Assembly (NCBI GenBank): GCA_965219995.1
Contig: CBDCOX010000002.1
Location: 832,001 to 896,000, forward strand
DNA: 64,000 nucleotides
DNA from: Candidatus Latescibacterota bacterium
Lineage (GTDB): Bacteria > Latescibacterota > UBA2968 > GCA-2709665
Direction of reading: 5' to 3'
Made by a program: the position numbers and the translations under genes. Position 1 is the first letter of the stretch. Each line of letters begins with the position of its first letter. Positions 10,588 to 20,896 of the stretch are shown piece after piece. The notes below the pieces were generated by a model. That model was not told where the DNA came from. It did not search any database and saw only the letters and a list, made by a program, of their open reading frames with translations.

Positions 10588-10919
10588 GACGTTACCCCTG
10601 CCGGGTGGATGGCTTTCAGACCGGGGTTCCGGTCGAATGAATACGTGCAGCCCGTCTGGAGAATGGCGAACCGCCTGCGAGACAGGACACAAGCGCTCGT
10701 GGTTTGAACGACAGCCAGAACTTAGACGATCAACAGATGCGCGTCAACCCAAAAACAGATATAAGGGTTGATAGGGGCTGCCGGCGGCGTTCGCGATCAT
10801 AAGCGCAGCGAAGTGCGCGTCTCCGCGTTTTCAGTTTGACCGGGTCGGATACTTCCGTTAGATTTGGGTGGTTTTGTCAGGGAATTGACACGATTCTTAC
10901 GCCTGCGGGGATAATTCCT

Positions 10920-11672
10920 ATGCCGAGAGGCCGTTGCCATTTCGCGTTGCTGGCGGCCCTGCACGATCGATTTCGCTCGGAGTGCCCCCCGGCAGCAGCG
11001 CTTGCGGATGCATTTACGCCCGACATGCTCGCCGGCGCCTGCGCGCCGGACGGACTGCGATTTGTGGGCAAACAGGGGAAATTCGACACGCACTTCTACA
11101 CCGACGGCCGGCGGGAGACGTGGGGACGGTCGGTTGCCGGACTGTTCGCCGCGCATCCCGATCTGGCCGATCCGGATCGCCTTTCGGATGGGGACGTGGC
11201 GGTGATGATCGGATATATCTGTCATCTGACCACCGACGAGGCGTTCCGCGATGAAGTCACGGTGCATGTCTATGGCGTCGAAAACTGGCGACCGGTGATT
11301 ATGGGGTTGTGGTCGATGGTGGACGAGTTTTCAATCGTCAACACAACGTACCAATCCGAAATCCATCGCTTCGGGCGCCGCGACAATGTCGGATTCATCG
11401 ACTGCGGGGTCGTGGGTCGGTACCTGGACATGGTCAAGCCATGGACGATCGAGGAAGACCCCTGGGAGGTGGAACGCATCTTTCTGAGATTGAGGCGCTG
11501 CGAGTTGAGGGAAGACGAAGCGCGCCGAGCCTGGGAAGACAACCTCAGGCTGGCGGCGCCGTTTCTGGACCGCAAACGGCGAATGCGCTTCTATAGATCG
11601 GCCGTAAACTCGGGGATGGCGGAGACCGTGCGATATCTGGAACGGGTCTATGCGCCAAAACAAGGGAGCTGA
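10920..11672 (+). CDS. Zinc-dependent phospholipase C-like family protein
   Basis: N-terminal MPxxxxH, GACAPD, THF and GYICHLTTD motifs typical of the Zn_dep_PLC fold. Confidence 0.65.
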   Translation: MPRGRCHFALLAALHDRFRSECPPAAALADAFTPDMLAGACAPDGLRFVGKQGKFDTHFYTDGRRETWGRSVAGLFAAHPDLADPDRLSDGDVAVMIGYICHLTTDEAFRDEVTVHVYGVENWRPVIMGLWSMVDEFSIVNTTYQSEIHRFGRRDNVGFIDCGVVGRYLDMVKPWTIEEDPWEVERIFLRLRRCELREDEARRAWEDNLRLAAPFLDRKRRMRFYRSAVNSGMAETVRYLERVYAPKQGS

Positions 11673-11674
11673 TT

Positions 11675-12703
11675 ATGGCAGCGTATCGTGTGGGTGTGAT
11701 CGGTTGCCGGACGATAGGAGATCAACATGCATCCGGCCTCATCGGGCTCGAGAACGTGACGCTGGCGGCCGCCTGCGACCTGGAGGTGAAGACGCTTGCG
11801 GGTTTCGGAGACACGTGGCGGCCCGATTGGCCGGAGCTCAATCTTTACACGGATCACCGTGAGATGCTGGAGCGGGAGGAACTCGACATTGTCACGGTGG
11901 CGACGTCCGACCACCGGCACGCGGACCTGGTCGTGGATGCGGCCAACGCGGGCGCAAAGGGGATCTTTTGCGAAAAACCCCTCGCCACCAATCTGGCTGA
12001 CGCGGACCGGATGGTATACGCCGCCGAACGCAACGGCGCGATTCTATCCGTCGATCACACGAGGCGTTTTCAACCTCTGTGGCGCCACATCAAGGAGCAG
12101 ATCGTGGATGATGGCGAGATCGGCCCGGTTCAGTACATCGTGGGAGGGTTGAACGGACCGCGATCGATGTTGTTCAGAAACGGCACCCACCTCGTGGATT
12201 CGATATGTTATTTCGCAGATTCGGAACCGGACTGGGTGTTCGCGGAACTGGAAACGGGATATGAGGAATACTCGGAGTACAGAGGCGATGGCGGCCACGA
12301 TCCGGCAACCGAGCCGTCGGCCAGCGGCTATATTCATTTCGCCAACGGCGTGAGGGGATTCTTCACCGGAGGCTCGAAAGTCTCCGCGGATCCCAAGTTC
12401 AGGTGCGAAATCGTGGGCACAACCGGATACGTCGACGTCGGCCGCGAGGGCGCCGTGCTCGTCCGCGGCGTCGAAAGGGAGAAGATCAGGGCGCCCGAGT
12501 GGCCGGTAAGCGGCATTCCCGCCGGGGTACAGGAGTTGGTGCGTCTGGTTGATGAAGGCGGCCACCCGGTTTCGCCGGCAAAGGACGCGCACCGGGTCGT
12601 CGAGATTATGATCGGATTCCTCGAGTCGCAGCGACTGGGGAACGTGCGGGTGGATCTGCCCATTCCGATCGAACGGAGGGGAAAGTTGCGGACGGAGACG
12701 TGA
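11675..12703 (+). CDS. Gfo/Idh/MocA family oxidoreductase
   Basis: VGVIGC, CEKPLA, GTHLVD. Confidence 0.92.
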   Translation: MAAYRVGVIGCRTIGDQHASGLIGLENVTLAAACDLEVKTLAGFGDTWRPDWPELNLYTDHREMLEREELDIVTVATSDHRHADLVVDAANAGAKGIFCEKPLATNLADADRMVYAAERNGAILSVDHTRRFQPLWRHIKEQIVDDGEIGPVQYIVGGLNGPRSMLFRNGTHLVDSICYFADSEPDWVFAELETGYEEYSEYRGDGGHDPATEPSASGYIHFANGVRGFFTGGSKVSADPKFRCEIVGTTGYVDVGREGAVLVRGVEREKIRAPEWPVSGIPAGVQELVRLVDEGGHPVSPAKDAHRVVEIMIGFLESQRLGNVRVDLPIPIERRGKLRTET

Positions 12704-12909
12704 AAAATCCCCGATAAAGCTTGCCCGGCGCCTGAAAAGGCCCTATTTTAATCATTCTTGATCCGATTCGAGCTGGCGTACTGTCCCGAATCGTTCGCCT
12801 GCGACCACGAGGACTTGCCCGCGGCCCGGTCCGTCTATCGGGCCGGATTGAGTTCGGATTGCATCGCCTCCAGGTAAACGGCGCATCGACAGAAGAGGAG
12901 AACCCGGAC

Positions 12910-13299
12910 ATGTTGAACTTCGAACATACGGCATTTCTGGTTGACGATACGAGGGCAGTCGCGGATTGGTGGTGCAGACATCTGGGCATGGAAGTGGTCC
13001 GGTACGGCGGTCCCCCTTCCCACATGACCTTCCTGCGAGACGCCTCCGGAAAAACCATGTTCGAAATTTATGAGAAAGACTCGCTGGAGACGCCAGACTA
13101 CGCATCGATGCATGTCTCGGTTCTCCACTTCGCGTTCTATACTGACGATATCGAAAGGGAACGGGACCGGCTGCTTGCCGCGGGGGCGTCGATCGTGGAC
13201 GACGTGTATACGACGGACGTTGGCGATCAGCTGGCGATGCTACGTGACCCCTGGGGGGTGGCAATTCAGGTCCTCAAGCGGAAGGATCCCATGGGTTGA
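12910..13299 (+). CDS. VOC (glyoxalase) family protein
   Basis: FEHTAF, FEIY, LHFAF, RDPWG; GAGGAG RBS. Confidence 0.88.
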   Translation: MLNFEHTAFLVDDTRAVADWWCRHLGMEVVRYGGPPSHMTFLRDASGKTMFEIYEKDSLETPDYASMHVSVLHFAFYTDDIERERDRLLAAGASIVDDVYTTDVGDQLAMLRDPWGVAIQVLKRKDPMG

Positions 13300-13349
13300 G
13301 GACGAACCGGCCGCAAATGACGGTCGGGTAGCCGCAATCGCCAGGAGGA

Positions 13350-14390
13350 ATGATGCCGACCATCGACGTTGAGTCGCTGGAACAGATTTGCGCGGAGGTC
13401 ATGACGGGCGCGGGTGTGTCCGGCGCGGAGGCGCGCCGGATTTCTCATTCGCTCGTTCTCGCGAATCTGATGGGCCATGATTCCCATGGCGTAATCAGAC
13501 TTCCGCAGTACGTCCAGGCACTCGAGGACGGGATTGTAAAGGCCGGGCGTGAAATTCGCGTTACCAGGGAGGCCGACGCATCGGCGGTGGTCGACGGGCA
13601 GTGGGGCTTCGGGCAGACAGTTTGTGCGCAGGCCATGGAACTGGCGATGAAAAAGGCCCGTGAAAGATCCGTCGCCGCGATCGAGCTATTCAACAGCAGC
13701 CATATCGGGCGCCTCGGAGAATACGTGGAACAGGCCGCGGAAAGCGGCCTCATCGGTATCGTTATGTGCAACAATCACGGCGGCGGCCGGCTGCTTTCGC
13801 CATTTGGCGGCATTGACGCCCGGATGTCTCCGAATCCCGTTGCCGTCGGCGTTCCGACGGGAGGGGATTTTCCGATCGTCGTTGATATGACGACCAGCGT
13901 GGTTGCCGAAGGGAAGATTCGCGTGAAGCGGAACCGGGACGAACCTCTGCCGCAGGGCTGGGCGATTGACGCGGAGGGCAGTCCCGCGAAACGGCCGGAC
14001 GACTTCTACGGTCCGCCGCGGGGGGCGATCCTGCCATTCGGCGGGAATTCAGCACACAAGGGATACGCGCTGGCCGTGGTCATCGACATTCTCTCCGGCG
14101 CCCTGGGCGGTGGCGGGTGCAGCCGTGACGGGGCGCCGTCCGGCGGCAACGGTGTATTTCTGATGGCGGTCGACATCCAGGCATTTACCCCGCCGGACCG
14201 GTTCCGCGAGGAAGTGGACGGCTTCGTCGGCTATTTGAAGAGTTCAAGGCTCCTGCCGGGGTTCGACAGGATTCACCTGCCCGGTGAAATCGAGTATCGT
14301 CTTCGCCGGGAGCGTGAAACCGCGGGTGTCTCTCTGGATGAAGAAACCTGGCGACAGATCTGCGAGACGGGTAACAGCGTCGGGGCGTAA
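13350..14390 (+). CDS. Ldh_2 family hydroxyacid dehydrogenase (ComC/YbiC/AllD-like)
   Basis: GHDSHG, SHIGRLG, PNP, DMTTS, HKGYAL, LPGE. Confidence 0.92.
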   Translation: MMPTIDVESLEQICAEVMTGAGVSGAEARRISHSLVLANLMGHDSHGVIRLPQYVQALEDGIVKAGREIRVTREADASAVVDGQWGFGQTVCAQAMELAMKKARERSVAAIELFNSSHIGRLGEYVEQAAESGLIGIVMCNNHGGGRLLSPFGGIDARMSPNPVAVGVPTGGDFPIVVDMTTSVVAEGKIRVKRNRDEPLPQGWAIDAEGSPAKRPDDFYGPPRGAILPFGGNSAHKGYALAVVIDILSGALGGGGCSRDGAPSGGNGVFLMAVDIQAFTPPDRFREEVDGFVGYLKSSRLLPGFDRIHLPGEIEYRLRRERETAGVSLDEETWRQICETGNSVGA

Positions 14391-14519
14391 GCCTTTGAGG
14401 TACGGTTGAATCAGGTCGCCCGTCCGGTTCGTGTTTCAGCCCAGCCGCACGCGGCGCGGCAATAGCGCACCTTCAGGACGATCAACCAGAGACTCGAAAT
14501 TGCATACCGGAGGTCAGCG

Positions 14520-15290
14520 ATGGCGAAGATCAGGATCACGCTTCTGGGTCACGCGTCGTTCCGCCTGGAACCCGATTCGGGCGAGGTGGTTTATTTCGAC
14601 CCGTGGCTGAATAACAACCCCACGACCGAATTGAGTGTGTCCGACATCGCACACGCAGACGTGGTGATCGCGACGCACGGACACGACGACCATCTCGGCG
14701 ACTCCTTTGCGATCTGCAAGCAGACCGGAGCCGTATTTGCGGGCAACTACGAACTCTGCCTGACCGCCGAGAAGAACGGGCTGACGCTGGGAGAACAGGC
14801 CCGTCCGATGAATCCGGGCGGCACCATCGACGTGAACGGGGTGCGCATTACCGCGACTCAGGCTTTCCATTCGCAGTCCATGTCGCCAAACCAGTCGCTG
14901 GGCGAGGCGCCGGACGATGAGTACTTCCGGCCGGACGGCGGCGTTTGCGGTATCGTGATGCACTTTTCGAACGGGATTTCCGTTTACGATACGGCCGATA
15001 CGGCGCTGTTCAGCGATATGCAGTTGATCAGCCAGATGTACGGCCCTCAAGTGGCCATCGTCCCGGTTGGCGGGTTGTTTACGATGGGTATCCGGGAGGC
15101 GGCCCGGGCCGCGAGTCTGATTCGCCCGGACATCGTCATTCCGTGTCACTACGGAGACGCGGTGGGTCAGCCCGCGGATATCGATGCCTTCTCGGAAATG
15201 ATCGGATTTCTGTCGCCCAATACGAAGGTCGTCAAGCTCGACCCCGGTCAGGCTGTGACCTATGCGTCCGCCAGCTACCGGGTTTCCTGA
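14520..15290 (+). CDS. Metal-dependent hydrolase, metallo-beta-lactamase fold (UPF0173-like)
   Basis: LGHASF, DPW, THGHDDHLGD, DTALFSDM, IPCHYG. Confidence 0.9.
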   Translation: MAKIRITLLGHASFRLEPDSGEVVYFDPWLNNNPTTELSVSDIAHADVVIATHGHDDHLGDSFAICKQTGAVFAGNYELCLTAEKNGLTLGEQARPMNPGGTIDVNGVRITATQAFHSQSMSPNQSLGEAPDDEYFRPDGGVCGIVMHFSNGISVYDTADTALFSDMQLISQMYGPQVAIVPVGGLFTMGIREAARAASLIRPDIVIPCHYGDAVGQPADIDAFSEMIGFLSPNTKVVKLDPGQAVTYASASYRVS

Positions 15291-15314
15291 ATCCGGAAAG
15301 ACAGGGAGGTCCGC

Positions 15315-16130
15315 GTGGCGAAGGAGCTGACCAACGCCATTGTATCTCAAAAAATCGAACTTGCGCCGGAGCTGATCATCCTGCAGGTGAAGGCGGACGG
15401 CTGGGAACTTCCGGAATTCGAGCCCGGTCAGTTCGCGGTTCTCGGCCTTCCGGGCAGGGCCCCGAGAAGCGAACAGTCTGATCCGGAAGAGGAGACCCCC
15501 GATGCAAGCCGGTTGATTCGTCGGGCGTATTCGATCGCGTCCTCATCCAGGTCGAGAGACCATATGGAATTCTACATCAACGTGGTTCGGTCCGGCGCAC
15601 TGACGCCCAGGCTGTTCGCACTCGAACAGGGCGACCGCGTCTGGTTGGGGCCCAAGGTGTCAGGTGCGTTCACGCTTGACAAAGCGCCGTGTACCGCAGA
15701 CGTCGTGCTCGTTGCCACGGGGACGGGCCTCGCACCTTATATGAGCATGATGCGCACCCGCTTGCCGGAAGACAACGGTCGACGATTTGCGGTCCTGCAC
15801 GGAGCGAGGCAATCCTGGGACCTCGGATACCGGTCGGAACTCAGTATCATGCAGCAACTCTGCGGCAATCTCACGTATCTGTCACTGATCAGCCGCCCGG
15901 CCAACGAACACGTGCGCTGGAGCGGCATGACCGGATATGTGCAGGACCTCTGGGCGGGAGGCTGTCTGGACCGGGCATGGGGAAGACACCCGAAACCTGA
16001 GGATACGCAGGTTTTCCTGTGCGGAAACCCGAAAATGTGCGAAGATATGCTCGCCCTTCTCGAATCCGAAGGATTCAGCGAGCATACCCGAAAGGCAGCG
16101 GGACAGGTTCATATCGAGCGGTACTGGTAG
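15315..16130 (+). CDS. fpr: Ferredoxin--NADP(+) reductase
   Basis: RAYSIAS, GALTP, ATGTGLAPY, FLCGNP, C-terminal ERYW. Confidence 0.88.
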   Translation: MAKELTNAIVSQKIELAPELIILQVKADGWELPEFEPGQFAVLGLPGRAPRSEQSDPEEETPDASRLIRRAYSIASSSRSRDHMEFYINVVRSGALTPRLFALEQGDRVWLGPKVSGAFTLDKAPCTADVVLVATGTGLAPYMSMMRTRLPEDNGRRFAVLHGARQSWDLGYRSELSIMQQLCGNLTYLSLISRPANEHVRWSGMTGYVQDLWAGGCLDRAWGRHPKPEDTQVFLCGNPKMCEDMLALLESEGFSEHTRKAAGQVHIERYW

Positions 16131-16202
16131 GGGACGGCGGTTGCCTGCATACGGGATCGGGGAAGGACGGCGATTCGATCAACGGTTCCCGCGGAGCGCG
16201 CA

Positions 16203-17822
16203 ATGGATAGCGGGACGTCCACGGTTTACGACGGCATCATCATCGGCGCCGGCCATAACAGTCTGATTCTCCAGGCGTATCTCGGTCGGGCGGGGCTGAG
16301 GGTGCTGTGCATTGAGGCGCGGAACGAGGCGGGCGGGGGCCTCACCACGGTGCAGGACGCACGGCATCCCGGCTTTCTGCACAATACCCACTCGTTCTAC
16401 CACCGGGCGTTGAACCGGATGCCGTGGTACCGCGACCTGAGCCTCGAACGCCACGGCGCGGCTTACCTCGAGCCGGCATTGAACGTCGCCATGCTGTCGA
16501 ATGACGGCGGGGCGCTCGAATGGTGGACGGATTTCGAGAAGACGGTTGACTCCTTTGCGCGGTTCAGCAGCGCGGACGCGGCAACGTTGAGGCGGTGGCG
16601 CGACGCGTTCCTGCCCATCGTGGAACGGATTCTCGTACCGGAAGCCCAGGCGCCGCCGCTCGAACCGACACGGCGGAGGGCATTGCTCGAGAAGAGCAGG
16701 GAGGGCCGGCTGCTGCTGGACGTCAGCCGATTGTCGCCCCTCGAATTCGTCCGAAGGGAATTCAGGAATCCGGTGATTCAGGCCGGATTGCTTTTTTTTA
16801 ACGGGTTGCGTGAGGTGGACCTTCGCTGCCCGGGCTTCGGTCACCATATTGCCGCGCTCCTGGCCGGTTCGGGAAAGGCCCAGATGTGCCGGGGAGGTTC
16901 GATCGCTCTTGCGAAGGCGCTTACGGCCGCGGTCGCCGAGAGCGGCGGCGAACTGCGCCTTCAAACCGAACCCAGGCGGTTTCTGCTGGAAGGCGAGCGG
17001 GTCGTTGGGGTGGAAACCGCGGCCGGCGAGCGGTTGGGCGCCCGTTACTTCGTTGCCTCGGCCCTCAACCCGCACCAGACGTTTCTGGACCTCCTGGACG
17101 AGGATGCGCTGCCTGGAAAATGGCGGGACCGCGCGAAGGCGTTCAGGTACAATCTCATCGCCCCGCTGTTTGCCCTGAATCTCAATCTGGAGGAGCCGCC
17201 GCGTTACAGCGCCGCAGAAAACCATCCCCATCTGGAAAAGGCGTTCATGGTGATTCTCGGCCTGGACCGCGTGGACCGTTACCTGGAGATGGTAGCGTGC
17301 CATCGGCGCGGACGAAAACCCCCCAACATTATGTGGGGCAGTTGCCCCACCCTGTTCGATCCCTCTCAGGCGCCGGCAGGAAAGCACACTGCGTTTATGT
17401 GGGAAAAGGCGCCATACAGACTGAACGGAGACCCGAAGCGCTGGGACTCGGAGCGGGACCGACTTGGAGAAGAAATGCTGGACGCGTGGTGCCGGTACGC
17501 GCCCAACCTGAAACAGAACCTGATTTCACGGTTCACGCGCAGTCCGCTCGATGTGGAACGCACGTTCCCCAATATGCGGGAGGGGGACCTTCTCGTCGGC
17601 GCCTTCACCCACGGTCAGATCGGCTACAACCGTCCGTTTCCCGGAGCCGGACATTACAGGGCGCACCTCAAGGGCCTCTATCTGTGCGGATCCAGCTGCC
17701 ATCCCGGCGGCAATATCACCGGTCTGCCGGGATACAACTGCGCACAGGTCATTTTGCGGGACCTCGGAATGGATGCGGACTGGGCGCCCGAACCGATTGA
17801 CAGCCGGCTGGAACGGTTATGA
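16203..17822 (+). CDS. Phytoene dehydrogenase-like FAD oxidoreductase
   Basis: IIGAGHN dinucleotide motif, GGSIALAKAL, GLYLCGSSCHPGGNITGLPGYN. Confidence 0.88.
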   Translation: MDSGTSTVYDGIIIGAGHNSLILQAYLGRAGLRVLCIEARNEAGGGLTTVQDARHPGFLHNTHSFYHRALNRMPWYRDLSLERHGAAYLEPALNVAMLSNDGGALEWWTDFEKTVDSFARFSSADAATLRRWRDAFLPIVERILVPEAQAPPLEPTRRRALLEKSREGRLLLDVSRLSPLEFVRREFRNPVIQAGLLFFNGLREVDLRCPGFGHHIAALLAGSGKAQMCRGGSIALAKALTAAVAESGGELRLQTEPRRFLLEGERVVGVETAAGERLGARYFVASALNPHQTFLDLLDEDALPGKWRDRAKAFRYNLIAPLFALNLNLEEPPRYSAAENHPHLEKAFMVILGLDRVDRYLEMVACHRRGRKPPNIMWGSCPTLFDPSQAPAGKHTAFMWEKAPYRLNGDPKRWDSERDRLGEEMLDAWCRYAPNLKQNLISRFTRSPLDVERTFPNMREGDLLVGAFTHGQIGYNRPFPGAGHYRAHLKGLYLCGSSCHPGGNITGLPGYNCAQVILRDLGMDADWAPEPIDSRLERL

Positions 17823-18937
17823 TTCCGCCGACCTTTACTTACCTGACCGACGTCTACTTCGGATTCGGCGCCTCGGCCATTCTTCCGGATCTGCTTTCCG
17901 GGCTTGGGGTGCGCCGGCCGCTGCTGGTAACGGATCGGGGGCTTTCCGCTCTGGGCATCCCGAAACACATCGGTCTCGGCGAGGCGCCGGTCTACAGCGG
18001 CGTCACAACGAATCCGACGGAACACCAGGTCGTGGAAGCCGCGCATCGGTACCGCGCGGAGAGGTGCGACGGAATGGTCGCGGCCGGTGGCGGTTCGTCC
18101 ATCGACCTCGCAAAATGCGCAGGGATTCTGATTGGACACGACGAGCCGCTTGCGTCGTACGCGATGCGGAAGGGCGGCACGGCGCGGATCACACACCCGA
18201 TCCCGCCGGTGGTCGCCGTTCCGACCACGGCGGGCAGCGGAAGCGAGGTGGGCAGAGCCGCCCTTGTTACCCTGCGTTCAGGTGACAAGGTGGGCTTCCT
18301 GAGCCGATTATTGACGCCGGCGGCCGCGGTTTGCGATCCGGAACTGACGCTGACGATGCCGCCTCCTTTGAGTGCCGGCACCGGGTTGGACGCGATATCT
18401 CACTGCGTGGAGACCTTTTGCAGTACGCGGTACAACCCGGTCGCGGATGCGATTGCACTCGACGGTCTTGAACGCGGCTGCCGCCACATTGGCGCCGTGT
18501 TTCGCAACGGGAGAGACAGGGAAGCCAGGAAGGGGATGATGATGTGCGCGCTGCAGGGAGGCCTGACGTTTCAGAAAGGCCTGGGCGCCGTGCACAGCCT
18601 CAGCCATCCGTTGGGATCGCTGGGCAGATCATTGCACCACGGTACGCTGAACGGCCTGTTTCTTCCTGCAGTACTGAGATTCAACGCCGATTCCTGCAGG
18701 GAAAAATTCTGCGCGATGGCCCGGCGGCTGAGGCTCGATACGGGCTCCGATCTGCCGGGCTATTTTGAGTCATTGAACCGGCAACTGGGGCTGCCGTCAT
18801 CCCTGTCGGAAATGGGGGTCGCTCCGGAAGAGCTGGAACCGCTTCCGGCCAAGGCGGCGTCGGACCATTGCAGCCCGACAAATCCCAGGCCGCTGGATGA
18901 AGCGGCGTGCCGGAAACTGTACCTGTCCGTTCTATAA
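17819..18937 (+). CDS. Iron-containing alcohol dehydrogenase
   Basis: GGGSSIDLAK, PTTAGSGSE, DAISH, VHSLSH, HHG; ATGA overlap with the upstream gene. Confidence 0.92.
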   Translation: MIPPTFTYLTDVYFGFGASAILPDLLSGLGVRRPLLVTDRGLSALGIPKHIGLGEAPVYSGVTTNPTEHQVVEAAHRYRAERCDGMVAAGGGSSIDLAKCAGILIGHDEPLASYAMRKGGTARITHPIPPVVAVPTTAGSGSEVGRAALVTLRSGDKVGFLSRLLTPAAAVCDPELTLTMPPPLSAGTGLDAISHCVETFCSTRYNPVADAIALDGLERGCRHIGAVFRNGRDREARKGMMMCALQGGLTFQKGLGAVHSLSHPLGSLGRSLHHGTLNGLFLPAVLRFNADSCREKFCAMARRLRLDTGSDLPGYFESLNRQLGLPSSLSEMGVAPEELEPLPAKAASDHCSPTNPRPLDEAACRKLYLSVL

Positions 18938-18970
18938 GTGGATTTTGAGACAACTTCGTTGGGGGATATC

Positions 18971-19822
18971 ATGGCGAATGCCACACAGGTGGACGAATCC
19001 GGTTTGAGGGAGGCATTCAATCGTGACGGCTTCGTGGTCATGAAAGGGTTTCTTGCGCCGGACGTGATCGAAGGCGTGTGCGAGGAACTGGATATTCTGG
19101 TCGACCGGGAGGCGGAGCGGTTGATGGCCGCCGGAAGAATCGCGGACGATTTCAGCGATGCGCCGTTCGAAACCCGAATCGCCCGGCTGTTCGAACACTG
19201 CATGGACGTTGCGCCAACGTCATTCCGCCCCGAATTGCACGGACCCCGGTTGTTTGATCTGTTCTTTCATCCGCAACTTCTGGACGTGGTACAATTGCTC
19301 CTCGGACCCGAGATCAGACTGTATCCGAATTACACGGCGCGGCCGAAGTTTCCGGAGTGGAAGGGAACGCTGGTTCTGTGGCATCAGGACGGGGGATACA
19401 CGGCACAGGCCGCCGATGGCGTGGCGTCGCTCAGGATGGTGAACGTCTGGGCGCCCCTCGTCCCCGCAAGAGTCAAGAACGGTTGTATGCAATTCGTGCC
19501 CGGAACGCACCGGCTTGGTGTTGTGCCTCACGAAAAGAGGGAGTATTACCTGGAAATCGCGCGGGAGGAACTGGATCTGCGCCTGGGACAGGCCGTCTCC
19601 ATCGAAGTGGACCCGGGTGACGTGGTCCTGTTCCACAACCTGATGTTTCACTGCGGTCTGCCCAACAGGACCCGTACGGTGCGCTGGAGCATGGATTGGA
19701 GGTATCAGGATGCGACTCAGCCTACGATGCGGCCGCAACGTGGGCATCTGGCCAGAAGCGGAAAAGCGCCTGACAACGTCGTTCGAAATCGCGAGGATTG
19801 GGCCGAACGGAAATTTCAATAG
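18971..19822 (+). CDS. Phytanoyl-CoA dioxygenase (PhyH) family Fe(II)/2OG oxygenase
   Basis: RDGF, WHQD, NGCMQFVPGTH, distal His in LMFHCG, RWSMDWRY; start 18971 (or GTG 18938). Confidence 0.9.
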   Translation: MANATQVDESGLREAFNRDGFVVMKGFLAPDVIEGVCEELDILVDREAERLMAAGRIADDFSDAPFETRIARLFEHCMDVAPTSFRPELHGPRLFDLFFHPQLLDVVQLLLGPEIRLYPNYTARPKFPEWKGTLVLWHQDGGYTAQAADGVASLRMVNVWAPLVPARVKNGCMQFVPGTHRLGVVPHEKREYYLEIAREELDLRLGQAVSIEVDPGDVVLFHNLMFHCGLPNRTRTVRWSMDWRYQDATQPTMRPQRGHLARSGKAPDNVVRNREDWAERKFQ

Positions 19823-19961
19823 GCCGTTGCTCCGGACGCGCGGCCTATCAGGGCGGTGATGGGACTGCACGGTACGACGTCGCGGAAGTTCGCCGGCCGC
19901 CACGAGAATCCCGGCTTTCGGTCCGGACGGGTTCGTTCAAGACCGGGCTGCCATCCGGGTG

Positions 19962-20777
19962 CTACAGGCCGCGGATGGCGTCATATATAGACAGTACGAA
20001 ACCGGCTCCGGTGATCAGGAGGAGGAGCAACGCGACCACCACGGTGAGGCGGCCTTCGCGCCAGCGCGCGCTCGATACAAGGAGTCGCGACGCGATCCAT
20101 CCTCCGGCGAACCCGCCGAAGTGAGCCCAGTTGTTGACGCCTCGCATGAGAAGGCCCAAAATGAACAGCATGATTGCCCACTGCCATATCTGACGCGTCA
20201 TCAGGGCTGCGAAACTGGTCTTCTGGCTGCGGCCATAGACGATGAGGGCGGCCAGAAGTCCGAAAATCGAGCCCGAGGCGCCAAGCGTCGGGTTGCCGGT
20301 CACAACGTTGGACAGGAGAAAACCAACGACGCCGCCCGTCGTAAAGATGATGAAATAGCGCGCAGGCCCGTAGAGATTGCCAACTTCCGGGCCCAGTTGC
20401 CGGATCCACAACACATTGAAGAGGATATGCAACAACCCGCCGTGCAGATAGATTGCCGTGAACAGAGTCCACCACGGCGCGTTTCCGTATGTCAAGCCCA
20501 GGACGATCGTCGGAATTTGACCTGGTGAGAGCATGCTGAAAAAGCCGCCGTGGAGGGAAAGGGCGGAATCCAGGTCAAGGAGCAGACTCACCACATAGAG
20601 GACGATACACGCCGTAGGAATCAGGGTCAGGACGTCGATTTTCGATCCGAACAGCCGATTCAGGGCGGGGCCGAACCCCCACAGACCCGGGCGGTAGGCG
20701 CCGCAGTACGGGCATTTTTTCTCTTCCGTGCTGATCAGATTGCGGCAGCCCGGACAGACCATCGACGTAGGCGGCAT
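19962..20777 (-). CDS. Rhomboid intramembrane serine protease with N-terminal zinc ribbon
   Basis: CPGC..CPYC, HGGLLHILFN, GASG, AHFGG. Confidence 0.92.
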   Translation of the reverse strand: MPPTSMVCPGCRNLISTEEKKCPYCGAYRPGLWGFGPALNRLFGSKIDVLTLIPTACIVLYVVSLLLDLDSALSLHGGFFSMLSPGQIPTIVLGLTYGNAPWWTLFTAIYLHGGLLHILFNVLWIRQLGPEVGNLYGPARYFIIFTTGGVVGFLLSNVVTGNPTLGASGSIFGLLAALIVYGRSQKTSFAALMTRQIWQWAIMLFILGLLMRGVNNWAHFGGFAGGWIASRLLVSSARWREGRLTVVVALLLLLITGAGFVLSIYDAIRGL

Positions 20778-20896
20778 ATTGTCCCTCGCCAGGAAAGAAC
20801 AACTACAGTCACACGGTGAGAACGCGGCGTTGCGTTTCTCAAACTTTCGCCGCGTTCAGCGGTACCGCTTCGAACCCGCCGCGCCGACGGTATCCA

